Assembly (NCBI GenBank): GCA_965204725.1
Contig: OZ242005.1
Span: forward strand, 224,001 to 288,000
Direction of reading: 5' to 3'
Source of the DNA: Candidatus Latescibacterota bacterium
Lineage (GTDB): Bacteria > Latescibacterota > UBA2968 > UBA8231
Length of the DNA: 64,000 nt
Part shown: piece by piece, positions 55,827 to 64,000 of the stretch
Numbering within the stretch: the stretch's first letter is position 1
Layout: each line of letters starts with the position of its first letter
Notes under the pieces: generated by a model
What the model was told of the DNA's origin: nothing
The model's database searches: none
What the model saw: the letters and a program-made list of their open reading frames with translations, nothing else
Position numbers and translations under genes: made by a program

Positions 55827-57443
55827 CTACTCATCCCCGGCCGCCAGAGACACCAGAATGAAGTGTCGGTCCGCTCCCGGCTGCCGACTAACGAAGCGCA
55901 TAAACTCTGCTTCGTCGTGCCACTGGCGCGGGTGCGCCGAAGGGATCGTCACGCCTCGGCGCAAGAGGTCTTGCCAAAAAGGCTCGTTATCCACGACGAA
56001 GCCAGCCGCCGCTAGAAAGTAGTCTGCGCCCTCGGCCGCGAGGCGGTCGAGCCGCTCGGGCACAAACTCGGGCGGGGTTATTTGCCATCCCTTGCGATGG
56101 CAGTAGTAGAGCAAGGTCGGGCTTTGCGACCGGTGCGGTACGCCGGTGTTTTCGTCTTCGTCGCCGATGACCAGCAGCGCGTCCGGCGGCAGCTTGGCGT
56201 CGAGTATCCGTCCCACCAAGTAGCAGCTCTGGTAGTAGTTGTGCCAATTGTTGGGCTGCGCGTAATACGGCCTAACGGCCCAAGCACTGTAGGCGGCGAC
56301 CCCGACGATCAGAGCACCTACTAAAACGATGCGCCAAGGGTGCTTCCAGTTCCGCATGAACCTACTCCATCTCGCCAATGCAGTATCGGCCCGGATAATG
56401 GCTTCGAGCGTCCGCCCAGCGAGCAGCGCCCCAACCGGAACAAAGGGCAACTGGTAGTAATGCAGCCCGCGATTGCCCTCGGGCACGACAAAGACGTAGA
56501 GCATCAGCCCGCCCATCCACACCCAGAGCGTCCACTCGCGCCGTTGGGTCGGTGTCGGCACTAGGGCGAGTCCAGCCAAAACCAAGACCGCCCCTACCGG
56601 CGTATAGACGCGGTGCCAGAAGCGCTCCAATAGCGTCCAGTAGAAATCAGTCGTAAGGAGCAGGCTGTGGTCCCACTTGTCGTAGCCGTAGCGGTTCCAT
56701 ATACCAAACGTCAGGCCGGTTTCCTCAAAGAGCAGGTTCACGTGCCAATACCAGAGTACGGCGGGCGTCAAGGTCAGCACGAGGTAGAGCCAAAGCGCGG
56801 GCTTGCGGGCGAAGCGCCATCCCCAGCGCACCCAAGCTAAGGCGACCAGCGGGAAACCGAGATAGAGCGTCGGTATTTTGACGAGGAAACACAGAGCGGC
56901 CAAAAGGGCCGCTAGCGCGAAGTCCCATGGGCGTCCGCTGTCAATCCACCGCACGAAAGCCCAAAGTAGCCCCACGCTCAAGAGGATCATCAGCCCCTCG
57001 GGCATAAAAGTGCGCCCGTAGTAGATGCTCATGGGAAAGAGCAGATAGAGCAGGGCGGCCAACAGCGCACCCAGCCGCGCCAAGCCCAATCGCCGCCCTA
57101 GCCCATAGAGCAATGCCGCGGCCGCGGTCGAGCACAGTGCCGCTACGAGCCGCCCGATCCATTCATAGACACCATCGGCGGCGGCGTAGAGCAGGGCAAC
57201 GAGGAAGGGGTACAGAGGAAAATTCGCCTCCACGTACCCAGGGGTAGTGCCGCGCCAATCGACGCGCGGATAGAAGAGCGAATAGCCCTCTTCGTAAAAG
57301 TTGCGGGCTATGGCGGCCGTGTCCGTCTGGCGCCAAGCCTGCTTGTCGGTCAGGGGAGCTTGCAGGTTTACAAACCGCAGGGCTAGCCCTAGGGCAAGGA
57401 CGATATAGAGGTAAGAAGCGCCCGTAGCCCCCTTTATTTGCAT
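55827..57443 (-). CDS. GT-C (ArnT/GT39-like) glycosyltransferase
   Basis: WRQTDTAAIARNF, FPLYP, GRTFMPE, LVKIP and HYYQLPF motifs; multiple TM helices. Confidence 0.85.
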   Translation of the reverse strand: MQIKGATGASYLYIVLALGLALRFVNLQAPLTDKQAWRQTDTAAIARNFYEEGYSLFYPRVDWRGTTPGYVEANFPLYPFLVALLYAAADGVYEWIGRLVAALCSTAAAALLYGLGRRLGLARLGALLAALLYLLFPMSIYYGRTFMPEGLMILLSVGLLWAFVRWIDSGRPWDFALAALLAALCFLVKIPTLYLGFPLVALAWVRWGWRFARKPALWLYLVLTLTPAVLWYWHVNLLFEETGLTFGIWNRYGYDKWDHSLLLTTDFYWTLLERFWHRVYTPVGAVLVLAGLALVPTPTQRREWTLWVWMGGLMLYVFVVPEGNRGLHYYQLPFVPVGALLAGRTLEAIIRADTALARWSRFMRNWKHPWRIVLVGALIVGVAAYSAWAVRPYYAQPNNWHNYYQSCYLVGRILDAKLPPDALLVIGDEDENTGVPHRSQSPTLLYYCHRKGWQITPPEFVPERLDRLAAEGADYFLAAAGFVVDNEPFWQDLLRRGVTIPSAHPRQWHDEAEFMRFVSRQPGADRHFILVSLAAGDE

Positions 57444-57449
57444 GTCAGA

Positions 57450-58625
57450 TCAGTAGGGACGCCAGCTCGGCGACATATCGTCGCGGTCGTCGTTGTCGGT
57501 GAGGTTGATGGGCATCAGCGGCGGCGCGTCCATCTCGTCCAAGTCGAATCCAGCCGTTCCGACCAAGTAAATGTCGTATTCGTCGTCGCCCATCTTGCCC
57601 GCATAAGCGATCCCCTTGCCATCGGGCGACCAGACAGGCTCTTGCTCGTAGGTTTTTTCGGCAATTGAGATGCGGGTTTGCCCTTGCCCGTCGGCCCGCA
57701 TGAGCATCAGCTCTTGGCCGCCAAATTCCTCCGAGTTGTAAACCAAGCGGTCGCCTTGGGGAGAAAACGACGCGAACCAGTCGAGCTTGCGGCGGTTCTC
57801 GGTGAGGCGCGTCCGATTCGACCCGTCGAGATCGATGAGGTAGATCTCGTCGTTGTCGTCAAAAGCCGAAGAAGTAAAGGCGAGGCGGCGGCCATCGGGC
57901 GAAAACGAAGGCTCGCGGCCTTGGACCAGCTTGCGCGGGTTGGACCCATCGGCGGCCATGAGCCAAATGGCCACATCGCCATCGCGCTGGCTGACGAAGG
58001 CGATCGTCTTGCCGTCGGGCGAAAAAACGCCGCGCTGGTCGCGCTCGGGATGTTCGGTTAGGCGCGTGACATTCGAGCTGTCGGCATCCATGACGTAGAT
58101 GTCGATGTTGGTCATCACGTCGCCGCGGGTGAAGAGGATCTGCTTGCCGTCGGGCGACCAAGAGGGGTGCTGCTCGGGTTCGGGGGTGTCGGTTAGCTGC
58201 TGGCGGTCGCTGCCATCGGCCTTTATGGTAAACAAGTCCCAGTTGCGGACGTTTTTCTTGGTCGAGGCGTAGAGAATCGTGCCCTCGCGTTTGAAAGCAG
58301 CATTGCTGCCAGCGGGAATATCGAAGATGGCCTCGTAGGTCCGCACCCCCCATAGCGGCGGCGATTCCACTTGCAAGACCTCGCTCCCTAGATAATCCCC
58401 TGCGGCGACCTGGACGGAGTACGCACCGCGACCCAATTCGATTTTGCTGGCCGGCTCGGGCAAGACGTAGGTTCCGGCTTTGACCAAGTGGTTGAATTTG
58501 TATTGAACGTCATTGGCGTCTAAGCGCACGAACTGGCCGTCCCCGCCCTTGATCTCGATTTTAACTTGGTTCGAGCCACACCCTGCGACCGCGACCGCTA
58601 AAACCAATGCAAATAGCTTAAACAT
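57450..58625 (-). CDS. TolB-like PD40 beta-propeller lipoprotein
   Basis: Lipobox VAGC; repeated PSWSPDG/FSPDG..IAF..IY.M.ADG motifs. Confidence 0.88.
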   Translation of the reverse strand: MFKLFALVLAVAVAGCGSNQVKIEIKGGDGQFVRLDANDVQYKFNHLVKAGTYVLPEPASKIELGRGAYSVQVAAGDYLGSEVLQVESPPLWGVRTYEAIFDIPAGSNAAFKREGTILYASTKKNVRNWDLFTIKADGSDRQQLTDTPEPEQHPSWSPDGKQILFTRGDVMTNIDIYVMDADSSNVTRLTEHPERDQRGVFSPDGKTIAFVSQRDGDVAIWLMAADGSNPRKLVQGREPSFSPDGRRLAFTSSAFDDNDEIYLIDLDGSNRTRLTENRRKLDWFASFSPQGDRLVYNSEEFGGQELMLMRADGQGQTRISIAEKTYEQEPVWSPDGKGIAYAGKMGDDEYDIYLVGTAGFDLDEMDAPPLMPINLTDNDDRDDMSPSWRPY

Positions 58626-58660
58626 GTATGCTCCCTACTGAGACTCGGCCCATCAGGCCA

Positions 58661-59344
58661 TCAGGCTAGACCGCTGAGCACCCGCAAGCGCTGGCTGAGG
58701 TGATCCATCAGCTCGTTGATGTTGGCAAAGGAATCCGCGTAAAGCGGCTCGTCAACCCGAAAGTACACCCGCGACCCCAGCCGCGCATAGCTATCGTATT
58801 CCAAGCCGATGGAAATCAGCGGCACGCGCATCCCCAACCGCTTTTCGGCCTGTACCAGATGCTCGACCACGCCCTTTTGCAGCGGCCCCAACTCGTCTTG
58901 GTAGCGCATGCCTTCCGGGTGCGAGACGACCAATTCGCCGTGCTGGTACAGCCCGTCTAAATAGTCTTGCATCTGCTGGTTGGCCGCGCGGGCTCGCTGA
59001 ATCTCGGCCCGGCGTTGTTCGCGGTCTGCGATCCGCCTAATATCTTTGGGCCGCTCCACTTTGACCCCACCCATCCACTCTAGTATCCCCCACAGACCCA
59101 CCTTCATAATGTAGTTGCCATAGCGCCGGGTGATCCTGTACAGCAAGACCCCTTCGAGCAGAATGTCGCGGTACGCGCAGTGCTTGGGCAAAATCAGAGC
59201 CGGCCCTTGGCGCGGCAGATTGGAACCCCCCTCAACCACCAAGCGGTGATAGCGCATGGCCCCGGCCGCGAGCAAGCGAGCACCGCAGGCGAAGGCATGG
59301 ATGCGCTTGATGGAAAAGTCCCTGTGCTCAGGCTCTGTGGACAT
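58661..59344 (-). CDS. Lysophospholipid acyltransferase family protein (PlsC-like)
   Basis: HxxxxD motif (KHCAYRD) and HPEGMR. Confidence 0.8.
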   Translation of the reverse strand: MSTEPEHRDFSIKRIHAFACGARLLAAGAMRYHRLVVEGGSNLPRQGPALILPKHCAYRDILLEGVLLYRITRRYGNYIMKVGLWGILEWMGGVKVERPKDIRRIADREQRRAEIQRARAANQQMQDYLDGLYQHGELVVSHPEGMRYQDELGPLQKGVVEHLVQAEKRLGMRVPLISIGLEYDSYARLGSRVYFRVDEPLYADSFANINELMDHLSQRLRVLSGLA

Positions 59345-59356
59345 GGTCTAATGGTC

Positions 59357-59809
59357 CTATTTGAATAGGTCCTTTACCTTGCCCCAAGTGCTTTCATCTA
59401 CTTCGGTAGCTAAGGGTTGCAGCAGGTCTTGGCCCGGGCCGGCCCAGTGCAAAGCGCCCGCGGAATCTATGGCTGCGAAATAATCCCCGTCGGCGTCCAG
59501 CCGCGCTTTGATGTACGCGGGGACCGCCGAGGACTGTGCGGCCCTCGCGCCCGACCACAGGGTCAGCCCCTCAACCGTCGGCCCTTGCCCGTCGCGGGCA
59601 ATGGCGACGAGCCGCTGCTCAGCATCTTGGGCGCGGAACTGATGCCATAGCTGCAAGACCCGCTGGTGCTGCGGGGGCCTATCGGGTGAGAATACGTAGA
59701 ATACGCGGCTGTCTTTTGGCAGGGCCTCGATCGGGCCGCTGTTCGCTTCACTCGCTAGGGCCAGCAGCAGGACCAAGCCCGTCGTCCATGTCATTCGTAG
59801 TGCTTTCAT
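59357..59809 (-). CDS. Small secreted protein with WGKVK tail
   Basis: Signal peptide; ends TEVDESTWGKVKDLFK. Confidence 0.75.
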   Translation of the reverse strand: MKALRMTWTTGLVLLLALASEANSGPIEALPKDSRVFYVFSPDRPPQHQRVLQLWHQFRAQDAEQRLVAIARDGQGPTVEGLTLWSGARAAQSSAVPAYIKARLDADGDYFAAIDSAGALHWAGPGQDLLQPLATEVDESTWGKVKDLFK

Positions 59810-59821
59810 AATAATTGACCT

Positions 59822-60889
59822 TTATTCGGCGCGAATTCCATAGTCCTTTTGCACGGCGGCTTCCCCTTGGAGAATCCTCACCAGCGACAGGTGTTGGCTG
59901 AGTACCTGTTCGACTTGCACGACGCCGACCCGACGGGGCAGAGCCGTTCCCAACACCTCGCCGGTATCCGGGTCTTTCAGTTCTCGCCCCTTGTCCCACA
60001 CGCCGTACTTGTTGCCTTTCTGCACTGAATCGGCTAATCCCACGTTAATATAAGCACTCAGCCGCACTCGCACAGATTCTCCGTTTTGCACGGTATCGGC
60101 CACCACCTCTATGATTTTCGGCTCGGAGACCTTCAGGGCGGCCGGGGGTTGGATGAGGCTGTCCAGCCCGGCAGCCAAGCGGTCCAAGCATCGACTCACC
60201 GACTTGCCCAGCAAGGTGTTGTGGAATTCCTCGCTACCCCACTCCATCTGCCCCAAGAGGAAGTACTCTTTTTCCAGCGGCACGTACGCCGCCGGGTTGG
60301 TGATCCCATAGCGCTTGCTGTCCTCAGCGACTTCCCGCTTCACCTCGCCGGCTACTTCCCCGTCTATGACCTTGTAGGGAAACAGCTGGACCTCGGTCAG
60401 GCCCTGATAGCTGCGATAGCCGCCGATGGGCACGGTGGCGCGGAAGCGCTTCATACTCATCTCGTCGATCTGCCCCAAGACGACGTAATCGGCATCCACC
60501 TCGCGGCCAATCGCCAAGGCGCGCTCTACGCGGACCTTGCCTTGCAATTCTTTCTTTTTTAGCCGCACGAGCGCCGAATCAATGGACACCGTGCTGAAAA
60601 AGGCACTACCGCTCAGCGAATCGGCCAAGCCGCGCGGGATGGCCGAGTATATGTCCCACTCGCCCTTGTATTTCGACTTGTCGCGAAAGGGCATGAACAG
60701 CAGCCGCTGCTTGAGTTCCTCCGCAATGGTGCTGTCGCTGACCACTGGCTCCTCGGGGGCCTCTTCCTCTTCCTTTTGATCGCCCAACCCCATAATCGGC
60801 ACCACCGCAGCTTCCCCGTCTGCCCCCCAGTACAGCGCGGCCAACAAAACAAATCCCCCCCGCAAAAACCACCTGCATCTTTCCGACAT
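59822..60889 (-). CDS. CsgG/FlgO-like domain protein with FlgT C-terminal-like domain
   Basis: MPFRDKS..IGREVDADYVVLGQI; C-terminal YINVG..ELKDPDTGEVLG..VGVVQV; start set at MSERCR. Confidence 0.65.
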   Translation of the reverse strand: MSERCRWFLRGGFVLLAALYWGADGEAAVVPIMGLGDQKEEEEAPEEPVVSDSTIAEELKQRLLFMPFRDKSKYKGEWDIYSAIPRGLADSLSGSAFFSTVSIDSALVRLKKKELQGKVRVERALAIGREVDADYVVLGQIDEMSMKRFRATVPIGGYRSYQGLTEVQLFPYKVIDGEVAGEVKREVAEDSKRYGITNPAAYVPLEKEYFLLGQMEWGSEEFHNTLLGKSVSRCLDRLAAGLDSLIQPPAALKVSEPKIIEVVADTVQNGESVRVRLSAYINVGLADSVQKGNKYGVWDKGRELKDPDTGEVLGTALPRRVGVVQVEQVLSQHLSLVRILQGEAAVQKDYGIRAE

Positions 60890-60958
60890 CAGGGCCTTCC
60901 TTTGGTTTGCGTGAGTACGCAAGGGCCTTGGGGCACAACCGCTACGCGCCCCGCCATG

Positions 60959-61828
60959 CTAGGCCAATTTGTCCTGTAGATACGAGCGAAACGACGCCCC
61001 GAATTCGCGGTCGGCCAAGGCGAAATCCGCGAAGGCTCGATAGTACGTCAGCGGCGTTCCAATGTCGTAGCGCACCTCGTCGCTCGCAAGGCGCGTGCAG
61101 CGGACCTCAGCCCCGCGCTGGATCAGGACGCGAATGGCATCGGTTAGCCACAACTCGCCGCCAACCCCAGGCTCAATCTCGTCAATGGCGGCGAAAATCT
61201 CCGGCGAAAAAATATAGCGGGCCGCAACCGCAAGACAACTCGGCGCGGCTTCCACCGGCGGTTTTTCAACAATATCGGCGATGGCAAAGTCGGCGGCGAC
61301 CGCGCCTTGCGGTGTGACGATCCCGTACTTATAGGTCTCCTCGCTCGGCACTTCCCACACGGCAATGGTGGCGGCCGCGCCCCGTTGGACATGCGACTGC
61401 ATCATCCGGCCGACCACGCCCGGCACCCGCGGCGAGGCGATAATGGTGTCGCCGAACCCCACCGCGAAGGGCTCATCGCCGACAAATTCCCGCGCTTGGC
61501 GCACGGCATCGGCGTTGCCGGCCGGCCGGCGTTGGCGCACGTAGTAGAATTCAACGCCCGCGGCCGCGTAGTCAACCTCGCCGATCGCGCTATCGCCCAA
61601 GTGCGCCGCAAGCTCGGGATCGTCGTCGAAGTGATCCTCAATCGAGCGTTTCTTGCGGCCCGTTACAAAGAGAAACTTGTCCAACCCCTGCTCGATCATC
61701 TCCTCAACCACGTACTGCACAACGGGCTTGCAACCCACGGGCAGCATCTCCTTGGGCTGGGACTTGGTCGCCGGCAGCAGGCGGGTCCCCAAACCCGCTA
61801 CGGGGAATACGGCTTTGCGAATCGGCAC
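60959..61828 (-). CDS. galU: UTP--glucose-1-phosphate uridylyltransferase
   Basis: IRKAVFPVAGLGTRLLPATKSQPKEMLP, IEDHFD, VEKP and LTDAI motifs. Confidence 0.93.
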   Translation of the reverse strand: MPIRKAVFPVAGLGTRLLPATKSQPKEMLPVGCKPVVQYVVEEMIEQGLDKFLFVTGRKKRSIEDHFDDDPELAAHLGDSAIGEVDYAAAGVEFYYVRQRRPAGNADAVRQAREFVGDEPFAVGFGDTIIASPRVPGVVGRMMQSHVQRGAAATIAVWEVPSEETYKYGIVTPQGAVAADFAIADIVEKPPVEAAPSCLAVAARYIFSPEIFAAIDEIEPGVGGELWLTDAIRVLIQRGAEVRCTRLASDEVRYDIGTPLTYYRAFADFALADREFGASFRSYLQDKLA

Positions 61829-61888
61829 GGTTTCTTTTTATTTTAAGTTTAAGAGAATCAAGGACATAACGAAAAATAACACCTAGTG

Positions 61889-61917
61889 AAAATAGGGCCT
61901 AAAAGGGGCTAAATCAA
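61889..61917 (-). promoter_or_regulatory. Possible sigma70 promoter of the galU operon
   Basis: Minus strand TTGATT-N17-TATTTT in an AT-rich divergent region. Confidence 0.45.
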
Positions 61918-61946
61918 GCCCGACCTGCGCCCTCGCGCTGCCGACC

Positions 61947-62993
61947 ATGTTCGATTTGTCCCCAACTCGCCTACAGGCCCTCGTGGAAGCGTTTCCCGCG
62001 CTACGCATCGGCGTAGTCGGCGATTTCTTCCTCGACTCCTACCTCGAATGCGACCCAACCCTCGACGAAAAGTCGCTGGAGACCGGCAAGACCTGCTATC
62101 AGGTGATCGGCTACCGCCGTCAACCCGGGGGCGCTGGCAATGTGGCCGCCAACTTGCGCACCCTCGGCGTAGGGACGGTCGAGGCCGTGGGCTATTGCGG
62201 CGACGACGGCGAAGGCTACGAGCTGCGGCGGGCCATGCGCCGCGAGTGCCTAGACCTGACGGGCTTTCTCACGGCTTCGGGCCGCTTGACCCCGACTTAT
62301 GGCAAGCCTTGCTACGTCGCCAGCCGCCAGCGCGGCCGACCCGTACTGGAGGAACTAGAGCGGCTCGATGTCAAAAATCGCCGTCCAACCCCCACCAGCC
62401 TCCAGCGCGCCCTCATCGCCCATGTGCGCCAGCGTCTGGACCACTGGGACGGCCTCGTGCTCATGGACCAAGTCGCCGAAGCCAATTGCGGCGTCCTCAC
62501 TACCCGCGTCCGTCGCGCCATCGCCGCGGCCCTCGGCCCCCAGCCCAAGCTGGTGGTCCTCGCCGATTCGCGTACGCGCATCGGGCTATTTACGCGCGCC
62601 ATCCTCAAGCCCAACCAGCGCGAGGCTTGGGCCGCGCTCGGCGGCCGAGGAGAGTTGTCGCTTGAGGCGGCACACCACCACGCCCGCTTGCTCAGCAACC
62701 GAACGGGTCGCCCGGTGTTTCTAACGCTTGGCAATAGGGGGATACTCGTAGCCGACGGCAACGCAGTCGAACACGTGCCAGCCGTGCGCCTCGCCACACC
62801 CATTGATCCAGTCGGCGCCGGGGACACTTGTGCGGCCGCTATCAGCGCGGCCTTGGCGGCCGGTGCCGAGTTGACGGAAGCGGGCGCGGTCGCCTGCTTG
62901 GCTGCGTCAATTGCCATTCAGCAGGCCGGCACCACCGGCACGGCCTCGCCCGCCGAGCTAAGCCGCCGCTTGCAGCGGTTGAGGCGTCGCTAG
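61947..62993 (+). CDS. PfkB-family sugar kinase (HldE/RfaE kinase domain only)
   Basis: VVGDFFLDSY, PGGAGNVAANL, KPNQRE and DPVGAGD motifs. Confidence 0.85.
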   Translation: MFDLSPTRLQALVEAFPALRIGVVGDFFLDSYLECDPTLDEKSLETGKTCYQVIGYRRQPGGAGNVAANLRTLGVGTVEAVGYCGDDGEGYELRRAMRRECLDLTGFLTASGRLTPTYGKPCYVASRQRGRPVLEELERLDVKNRRPTPTSLQRALIAHVRQRLDHWDGLVLMDQVAEANCGVLTTRVRRAIAAALGPQPKLVVLADSRTRIGLFTRAILKPNQREAWAALGGRGELSLEAAHHHARLLSNRTGRPVFLTLGNRGILVADGNAVEHVPAVRLATPIDPVGAGDTCAAAISAALAAGAELTEAGAVACLAASIAIQQAGTTGTASPAELSRRLQRLRRR

Positions 62994-64000
62994 GACGTAT
63001 AGGTTTGGTCAATGACCGTGCGATACTGCTCGATGATCGCCTTGGGCACGATCTTTTTCAGCCCCTTGGTCAAGGTCCCGGCGTCTTCACTCAGCGGCTC
63101 GGGCAAGAGCGCGACGCGCTGCGGCCGCTGGTAGCTCGGCAGGCCAGCGGCCGTGGCCTCGGCGAGAAACCCCTCGCGGACCCGCTCGCCCAAGCTCGGA
63201 TGCGTGCGCAAAGCGGCCTCGTCCTCCAGCGGCAATCCGTCGATGCCGCTCTTTTTCGCCTCCTCCACATCCACCGTCACCAGCGGCAGCGGGTAGTCGC
63301 GCTGCTGGTCTCCATACACGATCACGTGCTCAACTAAGGGCACCCGGGCGAAAATCCGCTCTAGGGCTTCGGGATTGACGAACTCGCCGTTGCGCAGCTT
63401 GAACTGCCGCCCCACCCGCCCGTGGAACGTGAGAAAGCCCTCGGCATCCATGCTGAACAAGTCGCCGGTTCGATACCAGATCTGGCCGTTCTCCTCCACC
63501 AGCGCCTGCTCGGTCTGCTCGGGGTCGTGCAAATACCCCCGCATGACGTTGGGGCCGCTGGTCCACAGCTCCCCGACTTGGTCGCCGCTGGGCCGACACT
63601 CGGCCTGCACTGGATCGTTGTACCCGATTTCCGACCCGTCTGCGGCCACGATCTTCACCGCCTGCAACGGCCTTCCCACCGTGCCGCTTTTGCGCCCGTC
63701 GAGATGGTTGGCGGCGATCAGCGGCGCACACTCGGTCGTGCCGTAGCCCTCGTACGTGGTGATGTCGAGCACCTCGTGAAAGAAGTCCAGCGCCTTGGGG
63801 TCGGCCTTGGCCGAGCCGACGATCAAAAGCGCTAGATGAGGCCCGACGCGCGTGGCGAGTTGAGCGCGAATTTTGCCGATGATTGAACGGCCTATCACCG
63901 CCCAAAAGAGCTTGTCGCCCAGCCCGGCCCGGCCGCGTGCCAACCGCTCCTTGACGGCAACCGAGCGCTGGATCAAGCCCCCCTTGACGCCGCCGGCGTC
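62990..64000 (-). CDS. Long-chain fatty acid--CoA ligase (AMP-binding); 5' part outside the window
   Basis: YEGYGTTE, GPNVMRGY, RTGD and FKLRNGEFVNP motifs. Confidence 0.88.
   Translation of the reverse strand, partial: DAGGVKGGLIQRSVAVKERLARGRAGLGDKLFWAVIGRSIIGKIRAQLATRVGPHLALLIVGSAKADPKALDFFHEVLDITTYEGYGTTECAPLIAANHLDGRKSGTVGRPLQAVKIVAADGSEIGYNDPVQAECRPSGDQVGELWTSGPNVMRGYLHDPEQTEQALVEENGQIWYRTGDLFSMDAEGFLTFHGRVGRQFKLRNGEFVNPEALERIFARVPLVEHVIVYGDQQRDYPLPLVTVDVEEAKKSGIDGLPLEDEAALRTHPSLGERVREGFLAEATAAGLPSYQRPQRVALLPEPLSEDAGTLTKGLKKIVPKAIIEQYRTVIDQTYTS

Overview
GC-rich bacterial window, most consistent with an FCB-related candidate lineage such as Latescibacterota/Handelsmanbacteria (inference from protein families only). 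It is dominated by a repeated cell-envelope or secretion system. Six large paralogous secreted proteins (612-1111 aa) share a discoidin-like core and a C-terminal T9SS-like sorting domain (TPNGD..N ... WDG ... V[AV]Y-stop). Four secreted proteins end in a short V-[ED]-x-x-[ST]-W-G-[RK]-[LIV]-K tail. There are two copies of an uncharacterised ~900-aa putative outer-membrane protein (one missed by the ORF track, 3..1637), two paralogous lipoproteins and two parvulin PPIase lipoproteins. A PorV-like barrel is co-transcribed with a 1081-aa TPR protein, ExbB, ExbD and a TonB-like DUF4159 protein. These genes form three recurring modules. The promoter of the largest module lies between 22-bp inverted repeats, making it a candidate invertible (phase-variable) promoter or anti-Shine-Dalgarno switch. 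Other content: three CRTAC1/FG-GAP proteins, TPR lipoproteins, two GT-C glycosyltransferases, aroA, galU, an HldE-type kinase, a PlsC-type acyltransferase, a partial acyl-CoA ligase, two tandem TA-flanked MITEs carrying REP-like palindromes, and several sigma70 promoters and hairpins. No rRNA, tRNA, CRISPR array or transposase was seen.
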